A stretch of 64,000 bases of DNA, from the NCBI GenBank assembly GCA_964016885.1, contig OZ024743.1:208382001-208446000 (forward strand). Reading direction: 5' to 3'. Shown here piece after piece: positions 29,301 to 43,779 of the stretch (within the stretch, counting starts at the first letter, position 1; each line of letters opens with the position of its first letter). The DNA is from Eledone cirrhosa. Lineage: Eukaryota. The translations under genes and the position numbers were made by a program. The notes beneath the pieces were generated by a model, which did no database searches, was not told the origin of the DNA, and saw only the letters and a list, made by a program, of their open reading frames with translations.

Positions 29301-32300
29301 ACCATCCTATAGCCACACATGAAAGCACATCACTCCATAAGATATACCACAGTTTACTATCCTATAGCAAAACATGAAAGCTCTTCACTCCATAAGATAT
29401 ACCACAGTTTACCATCCTATGGCCACAGATGAAAGCTCTTCACTCCATAAGATATACCACAGTTTACCACCCTATGGCCACAGATGAAAGCTCTTAACTC
29501 CATAAGTTATACCACAGTTTACAATCCTATAGCCACGCATGAAATCTCTTCACTCCATAAGATATACCACAGTTTACCATCCTATAGCCACACATGCAAG
29601 CTCTTCACTCCATAAGATATACCACAGTTTACCATCCTATAGCCACGCCACGGATGAAAGCTCTTCACTCCATAATATATACCACAGTTTACCATCCTAT
29701 AGACACACACGAAAGCTCTTCACTCCATAAGATATACCACAGTTTACCAACCTATTGCCACAGATGAAAGCTCTTCACTCCATAAGATATACCACAGTTT
29801 ACCATCCTATAGCCACACATTAAAGCTCTTCACTCCATAAGATATACCACAGTTTACCATCCTATAGCCACATATGAAAGCTCTTCACTCCATAAGATAT
29901 ACCACAGTTTACCATCCTATAGCCACAGATGAAAGCTCGTCACTCCATAAGATATACCACAGTTTACCATCCTATGGCCACAGATGAAAGCTCTTCACTC
30001 CATAAGATATACCAAAGTTTACCACCCTATGGCCACAGATGAAAGCTCTTCACTCCATAACATATACCACAGTTTACCATCATATAGCCACACATGAAAG
30101 CTCTTCACTCCATAAGATATACCACAGTTTACCATCCTATAGCCACAGATGAAAGCTCTTCACTCCATAAGATATACAACAGTTTACCATCCTATAGGCA
30201 CACATGAAAGCTCTTCACTCCATAACATATAGCACAGTTTACCATCCTATAGCCACACATGAAAGCTCTTCACTCTATAAGATATACCACAGTTTACCAT
30301 CCTATAGCCACACATGAAAGCTCTTCACTCCATAAGATATACCACAGTTTACCATCCTATAGCAAAACATGAAAGCTCTTCACTCCATAAGATATACCAC
30401 AGTTTACCATCCTATGGCCACAGATGAAAGCTCTTCACTCCATAAGATATACCACAGTTTACCACCCTATGGCCACAGATGAAAGCTCTTCACTCCATAA
30501 GATATACCACAGTTTACCATCCTATAGCCACGCCACGGATGAAAGCTCTTCACTCCATAAGATATACCACAGTTTACCATCCTATAGCCACACATGAAAG
30601 CTCTTCACTCCATAAGATATACCACAGTTTACCATCCTATAGCCACACATGAAAGCTCTTCACTCCATAAGATATACCACAGTTTACCATCCTATAGCCA
30701 CACATGAAAGCTCTTCACTCCATAAGATATACCACAGTTTACCATCATATAGCCACACATGAAAGCTCTTCACTCCATAAGATATACTACAGTTTACCAT
30801 CCTATAGCCACAGATGAAAGCTCTTCACTCCATAAGATATACCACAGTTTACCATCCTATAGGCACTCATGAAAGCTCTTCACTCCATAAGATATACCAC
30901 AGTTTACCATCCTATAGCCACACATGAAAGCTCTTCACTCTATAAGATATATCACAGTTTACCATCCTATAGCCACACATGAAAGCTCTTCACTCCATAA
31001 GATATACCACAGTTTACTATACTATAGCAAAACATGAAAGCTCTTCACTCCATAAGATATACCACAGTTTACCATCCTATGGCCACAGATGAAAGATCTT
31101 CACTCCATAAGATATACCACAGTTTACCACCCTATGGCCACAGATGAAAGCTCTTAACTCCATAAGTTATACCACAGTTTACAATCCTATAGCCACGCAT
31201 GAAAGCTCTTCACTCCATAAGATATACCACAGTTTACCATCCTATAGCCACACATGCAAGCTCTTCACTCCATAAGATATACCACAGTTTACCATCCTAT
31301 AGCCACGCCACGGATGAAAGCTCTTCACTCCATAATATATACCACAGTTTACCATCCTATAGACACACACGAAAGCTCTTCACTCCATAAGATATACCAC
31401 AGATTACCAACCTATTGCCACAGATGAAAGCTCTTCACTCCATAAGATATACCACAGTTTACCATCCTATAGCCACACATTAAAGCTCTTCACTCCATAA
31501 GATATACCACAGTTTACCATCCTATAGCCACATATAAAAGCTCTTCACTCCATAAGATATACCACAGTTTACCATCCTATAGCCACAGATGAAAGCTCGT
31601 CACTCCATAAGATATACCACAGTTTACCATCCTATAGCCACACATGAAAGCTCTTCACTCCATAAGATATACAACAGTTTACCATCATATAGCCACACAT
31701 GAAAGCTCTTCACTCCATAAGATATACCACAGTTTACCATCCTATAGCCACACATGAAAGCTATTCACTCCATAAGATATACCACAGTTTACCATCCTAT
31801 AGCCACACATGAAAGCTCTTCACTCCATAAGATATACCACAGTTTACCATCCTATAGGAAAACCTGAAAGCTCTTCACTCCATAAGATATACCACAGTTT
31901 ACCATCATATAGCCACACATGAAAGCTCTTCACTCCATAAGATATACCACAGTTTACCATCCTATAGCCACACATGAAAGCTATTCACTCCATAAGATAT
32001 ACCACAGTTTACCATCCTATAGCCACACATGAAAGCTCTTCACTCCATAAGATATACCACAGTTTACCATCCTATAGCAAAACATGAAAGCTCTTCACTC
32101 CATAAGATATACCACAGTTTACCATCCTATGGCCACAGATGAAAGCTCTTCAATCCATAAGATATACCACAGTTTACCACCCTATGGCCACAGATAAAAG
32201 CTCTTCGCTCCATAAGATATACCACAGTTTACCATCCTATAGCCACGCCACGGATGAAAGCTCTTCACTCCATAAGATATACCACAGTTTACCATCCTAT

Positions 32301-35300
32301 AGCCGCACATGAAAGCTCTTTACTCCATAAGATATACCACAGTTTACCATCCTATAGCCACACATGAAAGCTCTTCACTCCATAAGATATACCACAGTTT
32401 ACCATCCTATAGCCACACATGAAAGCTCTTCACTCCATAACATATACCACAGTTTACCATCCTATAGCCACACATGAAAGCTCTTCACTCCATAAGGTAT
32501 ACCACAGTTTACCATCCTATAGCCACACATGAAAGCTCTTCACTCCATAAGATATACCACAGTTTACCATCCTATAGCCACGCCACGGATGAAAGCTCTT
32601 CACTCCATAATATATACCACAGTTTACCATCCTATAGCCACACATGAAAGCTCTTCACTCCATAAGATAAACCACAGTTTACCATCCTATTGCCACAGAT
32701 GAAAGCTCTTCACTCCATAAGATATACCACAGTTTACAATCCTATAGCCACACATGAAAGCTCTTCACTCCATAACATATACCACAGTTTACCATCCTAT
32801 AGCCACACATGAAAGCTCTTCGCTCCATAAGATATACCACAGTTTACCATCCTATAGCCACACATGAAAGCTCTTCACTCCATAAGATATACCACAGTTT
32901 ACCATCCAATAGCCACACATGAAAGCTCTTCACTCCATAAGATATACCACAGTTTACCATCCTATAGCCACAGATGAAAGCTCTTAACTCCATAAGATAT
33001 ACCACAGTTTACCATCCTATAGCCACACATGAAAGCTCTTCACTCCATAAGATATACCACAGTTTACCATCCTATAGCCACACATGAAAGCTCTTCACTC
33101 CATAAGATATACCACAGTTTACCATCCTATAGCCACACATGAAAGCTCTTCACTCCATAAGATATACCACAGTTTACCATCCTATAGCCACAGATGAAAG
33201 CTCGTCACTCCATAAGATATACCACAGTTTACCATCCTATACCCACACATGAAAGCTCTTCACTCCATAAGATATACCACAGTTTACCATCATATAGCCA
33301 CACATGAAAGCTCTTCACTCCATAAGATATACCACAGTTTACCATCCTATAGCCACACATGAAATCTATTCACTCCATAAGATATACCACAGTTTACCAT
33401 CCTATAGCCACACATGAAAGCTCTTCACTCCATAAGATATACCACAGTTTACCATCCTATAGGAAAACCTGAAAGCTCTTCACTCCATAAGATATACCAC
33501 AGTTTACCATCCTATGGCCACAGATGAAAGCTCTTCACTCCATAAGATATACCAAAGTTTACCACCCTATGGCCACAGATGAAAGCTCTTCACTCCATAA
33601 CATATACCACAGTTTACCATCATATAGCCACACATGAAAGCTCTTCACTCCATAAGATATACCACAGTTTACCATCCTATAGCCACAGATGAAAGCTCTT
33701 CACTCCATAAGATATACAACAGTTTACCATCCTATAGGCACACATGAAAGCTCTTCACTCCATAACATATACCACAGTTTACCATCCTATAGCCACACAT
33801 GAAAGCTCTTCACTCTATAAGATATACCACAGTTTACCATCCTATAGCCACACATGAAAGCTCTTCACTCCATAAGATATACCACAGTTTACCATCCTAT
33901 AGCAAAACATGAAAGCTCTTCACTCCATAAGATATACCACAGTTTACCATCCTATGGCCACAGATGAAAGCTCTTCACTCCATAAGATATACCACAGTTT
34001 ACCACCCTATGGCCACAGATGAAAGCTTTTCACTCCATAAGATATACCACAGTTTACCATCCTATAGCCACGCCACGGATGAAAGCTCTTCACTCCATAA
34101 GATATACCACAGTTTACCATCCTATAGCCACACATGAAAGCTCTTCACTCCATAAGATATACCACAGTTTACCATCCTATAGCCACACATGAAAGCTCTT
34201 CACTCCATAAGATATACCACAGTTTACCATCCTATAGCCACACATGAAAGCTCTTCACTCCATAAGATATACCACAGTTTACCATCATATAGCCACACAT
34301 GAAAGCTCTTCACTCCATAAGATATACCACAGTTTACCATCCTATAGCCACAGATGAAAGCTCTTCACTCCATAAGATATACCACAGTTTACTATCCTAT
34401 AGCAAAACATGAAAGCTCTTCACTCCATAAGATATACCACAGTTTACCATCCTATGGCCACAGATGAAAGCTCTTCACTCCATAAGATATACCACAGTTT
34501 ACCACCCTATGGCCACAGATGAAAGCTCTTAACTCCATAAGTTATACCACAGTTTACAATCCTATAGCCACGCATGAAAGCTCTTCACTCCATAAGATAT
34601 ACCACAGTTTACCATCCTATAGCCACACATGCAAGCTCTTCACTCCATAAGATATACCACAGTTTACCATCCTATAGCCACGCCACGGATGAAAGCTCTT
34701 CACTCCATAATATATACCACAGTTTACCATCCTATAGACACACACGAAAGCTCTTCACTCCATAAGATATACCACAGTTTACCAACCTATTGCCACAGAT
34801 GAAAGCTCTTCACTCCATAAGATATACCACAGTTTACCATCCTATAGCCACACATTAAAGCTCTTCACTCCATAAGATATACCACAGTTTACCATCCTAT
34901 AGCCACATATGAAAGCTCTTCACTCCATAAGATATACCACAGTTTACCATCCTATAGCCACAGATGAAAGCTCTTCACTCCATAAGATATACCACAGTTT
35001 ACCATCCTATGGCCACAGATGAAAGCTCTTCACTCCATAAGATATACCAAAGTTTACCACCCTATGGCCACAGATGAAAGCTCTTCACTCCATAACATAT
35101 ACCACAGTTTACCATCATATAGCCACACATGAAAGCTCTTCACTCCATAAGATATACCACAGTTTACCATCCTATAGCCACAGATGAAAGCTCTTCACTC
35201 CATAAGATATACAACAGTTTACCATCCTATAGGCACACATGAAAGCTCTTCACTCCATAACATATAGCACAGTTTACCATCCTATAGCCACACATGAAAG

Positions 35301-36850
35301 CTCTTCACTCTATAAGATATACCACAGTTTACCATCCTATAGCCACACATGAAAGCTCTTCACTCCATAAGATATACCACAGTTTACCATCCTATAGCAA
35401 AACATGAAAGCTCTTCACTCCATAAGATATACCACAGTTTACCATCCTATGGCCACAGATGAAAGCTCTTCACTCCATAAGATATACCACGGTTTACCAC
35501 CCTATGGCCACAGATGAAAGCTCTTCACTCCATAAGATATACCACAGTTTACCATCCTATAGCCACGCCACGGATGAAAGCTCTTCACTCCATAAGATAT
35601 ACCACAGTTTACCATCCTATAGCCACACATGAAAGCTCTTCACTCCATAAGATATACCACAGTTTACCATCCTATAGCCACACATGAAAGCTCTTCACTC
35701 CATAAGATATACCACAGTTTACCATCATATAGCCACACATGAAAGCTCTTCACTCCATAAGATATACTACAGTTTACCATCCTATAGCCACAGATGAAAG
35801 CTCTTCACTCCATAAGATATACCACAGTTAACCATCCTATAGGCACTCATGAAAGCTCTTCACTCCATAAGATATACCACAGTTTACCATCCTATAGCCA
35901 CACATGAAAGCTCTTCACTCTATAAGATATATCACAGTTTACCATCCTATAGCCACACATGAAAGCTCTTCACTCCATAAGATATACCACATTTTACTAT
36001 ACTATAGCAAAACATGAAAGCTCTTCACTCCATAAGATATACCACAGTTTACCATCCTATGGCCACAGATGAAAGCTCTTCACTCCATAAGATATACCAC
36101 AGTTTACCACCCTATGGCCACAGATGAAAGCTCTTAACTCCATAAGTTATACCACAGTTTACAATCCTATAGCCACGCATGAAAGCTCTTCACTCCATAA
36201 GATATACCACAGTTTACCATCCTATAGCCACACATGCAAGCTCTTCACTCCATAAGATATACCACAGTTTACCATCCTATAGCCACGCCACGGATGAAAG
36301 CTCTTCACTCCATAATATATACCACAGTTTACCATCCTATAGACACACACGAAAGCTCTTCACTCCATAAGATATACCACAGTTTACCAGCCTATTGCCA
36401 CAGATGAAAGCTCTTCACTCCATAAGATATACCACAGTTTACCATCCTATAGCCACACATTAAAGCTCTTCACTCCATAAGATATACCACAGTTTACCAT
36501 CCTATAGCCACATATAAAAGCTCTTCACTCCATAAGATATACCACAGTTTACCATCCTATAGCCACAGATGAAAGCTCGTCACTCCATAAGATATACCAC
36601 AGTTTACCATCCTATAGCCACACATGAAAGCTCTTCACTCCATAAGATATACCACAGTTTACCATCATATAGCCACACATGAAAGCTCTTCACTCCATAA
36701 GATATACCACAGTTTACCATCCTATAGCCACACATGAAAGCTATTCACTCCATAAGATATACCACAGTTTACCATCCTATAGCCACACATGAAAGCTCTT
36801 CACTCCATAAGATATACCACAGTTTACCATCCTATAGGAAAACCTGAAAG
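23100..36850. repeat. 5200-bp (94-monomer) higher-order unit in about 2.6 copies, containing a 1660-bp (30-monomer) internal duplication
   Basis: Offset 5200: gaaagctttt 23621/28821/34021, gaaagcacat 24121/29321, caatccataa 26951/32151, cataaggtat 27291/32491, accatccaat 27701/32901, gaaatctatt 28161/33361. ORF pairs 24339/25999 and 29539/31199 are 1660 apart. Confidence 0.93.
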
Positions 36851-39800
36851 CTCTTCACTCCATAAGATATACCACAGTTTACCATCCTATGGCCACAGAT
36901 GAAAGCTCTTCACTCCATAAGATATACCAAAGTTTACCACCCTATGGCCACAGATGAAAGCTCTTCACTCCATAACATATACCACAGTTTACCATCATAT
37001 AGCCACACATGAAAGCTCTTCACTCCATAGATATACCACAGTTTACCATCCTATAGCCACAGATGAAAGCTCTTCACTCCATAAGATATACCACAGTTTA
37101 CCATCCTATAGGCACACATGAAAGCTCTTCACTCCATAACATATACCACAGTTTACCATCCTATAGCCACACATGAAAGCTCTTCACTCTATAAGATATA
37201 CCACAGTTTACCATCCCATAGCCACACATGAAAGCTCTTCACTCCATAAGATATACCACAGTTTACCATCCTATAGCAAAACATGAAAGCTCTTCACTCC
37301 ATAAGATATACCACAGTTTACCACCCTATGGCCACAGATAAAAGCTCTTCACTCCATAAGATATACCACAGTTTACCATCCTATAGCCACGCCACGGATG
37401 AAAGCTCTTCACTCCATAAGATATACCACAGTTTACCATCCTATAGCCGCACATGAAAGCTCTTTACTCCATCAGATATACCACAGTTTACCATCCTATA
37501 GCCACACATGAAAGCTCTTCACTCCATAAGATATACCACAGTTTACCATCCTATAGCCACACATGAAAGCTCTTCACTCCATAACATATACCACAGTTTA
37601 CCATCCTATAGCCACACATGAAAGCTATTCACTCCATAAGATATACCACAGTTTACCATCCTATAGCCACACATGAAAGCTCTTCACTCCATAAGATATA
37701 CCACAGTTTACCATCCTATTGCCACAGATGAAAGCTCTTCACTCCATAAGATATACCACAGTTTACCATCCTATGGCCACAGATGAAAGCTCTTCACTCC
37801 ATAAGATATACCAAGGTTTACCACCCTATGGCCACAGATGAAAGCTCTTCACTCCATAACATATACCACAGTTTACCATCATATAGCCACACATGAAAGC
37901 TCTTCACTCCATGAGATATACCACAGTTTACCATCCTATAGCCTCAGATGAGAGCTCTTCACTCCATAAGATATACCACAGTTTACCATCCTATAGGCAC
38001 ACATGAAAGCTCTTCACTCCATAACATATACCACAGTTTACCATCCTATAGCCACACATGAAAGCTCTTCACTCCATAAGATATACCACAGTTTACCATC
38101 CTATAGCCACGCCACGGATGAAAGCTCTTCACTCCATAATATATACCACAGTTTACCATCCTATAGACACACACGAAAGCTCTTCACTCCATAAGATATA
38201 CCACAGTTTACCATCCTATTGCCACAGATGAAAGCTCTTCACTCCATAAGATATACCACAGTTTACCATCCTATAGCCACACATTAAAGCTCTTCACTCC
38301 ATAAGATATACCACAGTTTACCATCCTATAGCCACATATGAAAGCTCTTCACTCCATAAGATATACCACAGTTTACCATCCTATAGCCACAGATGAAAGC
38401 TCGTCACTCCATAAGATATACCACAGTTTACCATCCTATAGCCACACATGAAAGCTCTTCACTCCATAAGATATACCACAGTTTACCATCATATAGCCAC
38501 ACATGAAAGCTCTTCACTCCATAAGATATACCACAGTTTACCATCCTATAGCCACACATGAAAGCTATTCACTCCATAAGATATACCACAGTTTACCATC
38601 CTATAGCCACACATGAAAGCTCTTCACTCCATAAGATATACCACAGTTTACCATCCTATAGGAAAACCTGAAAGCTCTTCACTCCATAAGATATACCACA
38701 GTTTACCATCCTATGGCCACAGATGAAAGCTCTTCACTCCATAAGATATACCAAAGTTTACCACCCTATGGCCACAGATGAAAGCTCTTCACTCCATAAC
38801 ATATACCACAGTTTACCATCATATAGCCACACATGAAAGCTCTTCACTCCATAAGATATACCACAGTTTACCATCCTATAGCCACAGATGAAAGCTCTTC
38901 ACTCCATAAGATATACCACAGTTTACCATCCTATAGGCACACATGAAAGCTCTTCACTCCATAACAAATACCACAGTTTACCATCTTATAGCCACACATG
39001 AAAGCTCTTCACTCTATAAGATATACCACAGTTTACCATCCTATAGCCACACATGAAAGCTCTTCACTCCATAAGATATACCACAGTTTACCATCCTATA
39101 GCCACACATGAAAGCTCTTCACTCCATAAGATATACCACAGTTTACCATCCTATAGCCACGCCACGGATGAAAGCTCTTCACTCCATAAGATATACCACA
39201 GTTTACCATCCTATAGCCACACATGAAAGCTCTTCACTCCATAAGATATACCACAGTTTACCATCCTATTGCCACAGATGAAAGCTCTTCACTCCATAAG
39301 ATATACCACAGTTTACAATCCTATAGCCACACATGAAAGCTCTTCACTCCATAACATATACCACAGTTTACCATCCTATAGCCACACATGAAAGCTCTTC
39401 GCTCCATAAGATATACCACAGTTTACCATCCTATAGCCACACATGAAAGCTCTTCACTCCATAAGATATACCACAGTTTACCATCCTATAGCCACACATG
39501 AAAACTCTTCACTCCATAAGATATACCACAGTTTACCATCCTATAGCCACAGATGAAAGCTCTTCACTCCATAAGATATACCACAGTTTAACATCCTATA
39601 GCCACACATGAAAGCTCTTCACTCCATAAGATATACCACAGTTTACCATCCTATAGCCACACATGAAAGCTCTTCACTCCATAAGATATACCACAGTTTA
39701 CCATCCTATAGCCACAGATGAAAGCTCTTCACTCCATAAGATATACCACAGTTGACCATCCTATAGCTAGATGAAAGCTCTTCACTCCATAAGATATACC

Positions 39801-42800
39801 ACAGATTACCATCCTATAGCCACAGATGAAAGCTCTTCACTCCATAAGATATACCACAGTTTACCATCCTATAGCCACACATGAAAGCTCTTCACTCCAT
39901 AAGATATACCACAGTTTACCATCCTATAGCCACACATGAAAGCTCTTCACTCCATAAGATATAACACAGTTTACCATCTTATAGCCACAGATGAAAGCTC
40001 TTCACTCCATAAGATATACCACAGTTTACCATCCTATAGCCACACATGAAAGCTCTTCACTCCATAAGATATACCACAGTTTACCATCCTATAGCCACAC
40101 ATGAAAGCACTTCACTCCGTAAGATATACCACAGTTTACCATCCTATAGCCACAGATGAAAGCTCTTCACTCCATAAGATATACCACAGTTTAACATCCT
40201 ATAGCTAGATGAAAGCTCTTCACTCCATAAGATATACCACAGTTTACCATCCTATAGCCACAGATGAAAGCTCTTCACTCCATAAGATATACCACAGTTT
40301 ACCATCCTATAGCCACACATGAAAGCTCTTCACTCCATAAGATATACCACAGTTTACCATCCTATAGCCACACATGAAAGCTCTTCACTCCATAAGATAT
40401 ACCACAGTTTACCATCCTATAGCCACACATGAAAGCTCTTCTCTCCATAAGATATACCGCAGTTTACCATCCTATAGCCACAGATGAAAGCTCGTCACTC
40501 CATAAGATATACCACAGTTTACCATCATATAGCCACACATGAAAGCTCTTCACTCCATAAGATATACCACAGTTTACCATCATATAGCCACACATGAAAG
40601 CTCTTCACTCCATAAGATATACCACAGTTTACCATCCTATAGCCACACATGAAAGCTATTCACTCCATAAGATATACCACAGTTTACCATCCTATAGCCA
40701 CACATGAAAGCTCTTCACTCCATAAGATATACCACAGTTTACCATCCTATAGGAAAACCTGAAAGCTCTTCACTCCATAAGATATACCACAGTTTACCAT
40801 CCTATGGCCACAGATGAAAGCTCTTCACTCCATAAGATATACCACAGTTTACCATCCTATAGCCACAGATGAAAGCTCTTCACTCCATAAGATATACCAC
40901 AGTTTACCATCCTATAGGCACACATGAAAGCTCTTCACTCCATAACATATACCACAGTTTACCATCCTATAGCCACACATGAAAGCTCTTCACTCTATAA
41001 GATATACCACAGTTTACCATCCTATAGCCACACATGAAAGCTCTTCACTCCATAAGATATACCACAGTTTACCATCCTATAGCAAAACATGAAAGCTCTT
41101 CACTCCATAAGATATACCACAGTTTACCACCCTATGGCCACAGATGAAAGCTCTTCACTCCATAAGATATACCACAGTTTACCATCCTATAGCCACGCCA
41201 CGGATGAAAGCTCTTCACTCCATAAGATATACCACAGTTTACCATCCTATAGCCACACATGAAAGCTCTTTACTGCATAAGATATAGCACAGTTTACCAT
41301 CCTATAGCCACACATGAAAGCTCTTCACTCCATAAGATATACCACAGTTTACCATCCTATAGCCACACATGAAAGCTCTTCACTCCATAACATATACCAC
41401 AGTTTACCATCCTATAGCCACACATGAAAGCTCTTCACTCCATAAGATATACCACAGTTTACCATCCTATAGCCACACATGAAAGCTCTTCACTCCATAA
41501 GATATACCACAGTTTACCATCCTATAGCCACGCCACGGATGAAAGCTCTTCACTCCATAAGATATACCACAGTTTACCATCCTATAGCCACACATGAAAG
41601 CTCTTCACTCCATAAGATATACCACAGTTTACCATCCTATTACCACAGATGAAAGCTCTTCACTCCATAAGATATACCACAGTTTACAATCCTATAGCCA
41701 CACATGAAAGCTCTTCACTCCATAACATATACCACAGTTTACCATCCTATAGCCACACATGAAAGCTCTTCGCTCCATAAGATATACCACAGTTTACCAT
41801 CCTATAGCCACACATGAAAGCTCTTCACTCCATAAGATATACCACAGTTTACCATCCTATAGCCACACATGAAAGCTCTTCACTCCATAAGATATACCAC
41901 AGTTTACCATCCTATAGCCACAGATGAAAGCTCTTCACTCCATAAGATATACCACAGTTTAACATCCTATAGCCACACATGAAAGCTCTTCACTCCATAA
42001 GATATACCACAGTTTACCATCCTATAGCCACACATGAAAGCTCTTCACTCCATAAGATATACCACAGTTTACCATCCTATAGCCACAGATGAAAGCTCTT
42101 CACTCCATAAGATATACCACAGTTGACCATCCTATAGCTAGATGAAAGCTCTTCACTCCATAAGATATACCACAGTTTACCATCCTATAGCCACAGATGA
42201 AAGCTCTTCACTCCATAAGATATACCACAGTTTACCATCCTATAGCCACACATGAAAGCTCTTCACTCCATAAGATATACCACAGTTTACCATCCTATAG
42301 CCACACATGAAAGCTCTTCACTCCATAAGATATAACACAGTTTACCATCTTATAGCCACAGATGAAAGCTCTTCACTCCATAAGATATACCACAGTTTAC
42401 CATCCTATAGCCACACATGAAAGCTCTTCACTCCATAAAATATACCACAGTTTACCATCCTATAGCCACACATGAAAGCTCTTCACTCCGTAAGATATAC
42501 CACAGTTTACCATCCTATAGCCACAGATGAAAGCTCTTCACTCCATAAGATATACCACAGTTTAACATCCTATAGCTAGATGAAAGCTCTTCACTCCATA
42601 AGATATACCACAGTTTACCATCCTATAGCCACAGATGAAAGCTCTTCACTCCATAAGATATACCACAGTTTACCATCCTATAGCCACACATGAAAGCTCT
42701 TCACTCCATAAGATATACCACAGTTTACCATCCTATAGCCACACATGAAAGCTCTTCACTCCATAAGATATACCACAGTTTACCATCCTATAGCCACACA

Positions 42801-43779
42801 TGAAAGCTCTTCACTCCATAAGATATACCACAGTTTACCATCCTATAGCCACAGATGAAAGCTCGTCACTCCATAAGATATACCACAGTTTACCATCCTA
42901 TAGCCACACATGAAAGCTCTTCACTCCATAAGATATACCACAGTTTACCATCATATAGCCACACATGAAAGCTCTTCACTCCATAAGATATACCACAGTT
43001 TACCATCCTATAGCCACACATGAAAGCTATTCACTCCATAAGATATACCACAGTTTACCATCCTATAGCCACACATGAAAGCTCTTCACTCCATAAGATA
43101 TACCACAGTTTACCATCCTATAGGAAAACCTGAAAGCTCTTCACTCCATAAGATATACCACAGTTTACCATCCTATGGCCACAGATGAAAGCTCTTCACT
43201 CCATAAGATATACCAAAGTTTACCACCCTATGGCCACAGATGAAAGCTCTTCACTCCATAACATATACCACAGTTTACCATCATATAGCCACACATGAAA
43301 GCTCTTCACTCCATAAGATATACCACAGTTTACCATCCTATAGCCACAGATGAAAGCTCTTCACTCCATAAGCTATACCACAGTTTACCATCCTATAGGC
43401 ACACATGAAAGCTCTTCACTCCATAACATATACCACAGTTTACCATCCTATAGCCACACATGAAAGCTCTTCACTCTATAAGATATACCACAGTTTACCA
43501 TCCTATAGCCACACATGAAAGCTCTTCACTCCATAAGATATACCACAGTTTACCATCCTATAGCAAAACATGAAAGCTCTTCACTCCATTAGATATACCA
43601 CAGTTTACCATCCTATGGCCACAGATGAAAGCTCTTCACTCCATAAGATATACCACAGTTTACCATCATATAGCCACACATGAAAGCTCTTCACTCCATA
43701 AGATATACCACAGTTTACCATCCTATAGCCACACATGAAAGCTATTCACTCCATAAGATATACCACAGTTTACCATCCT

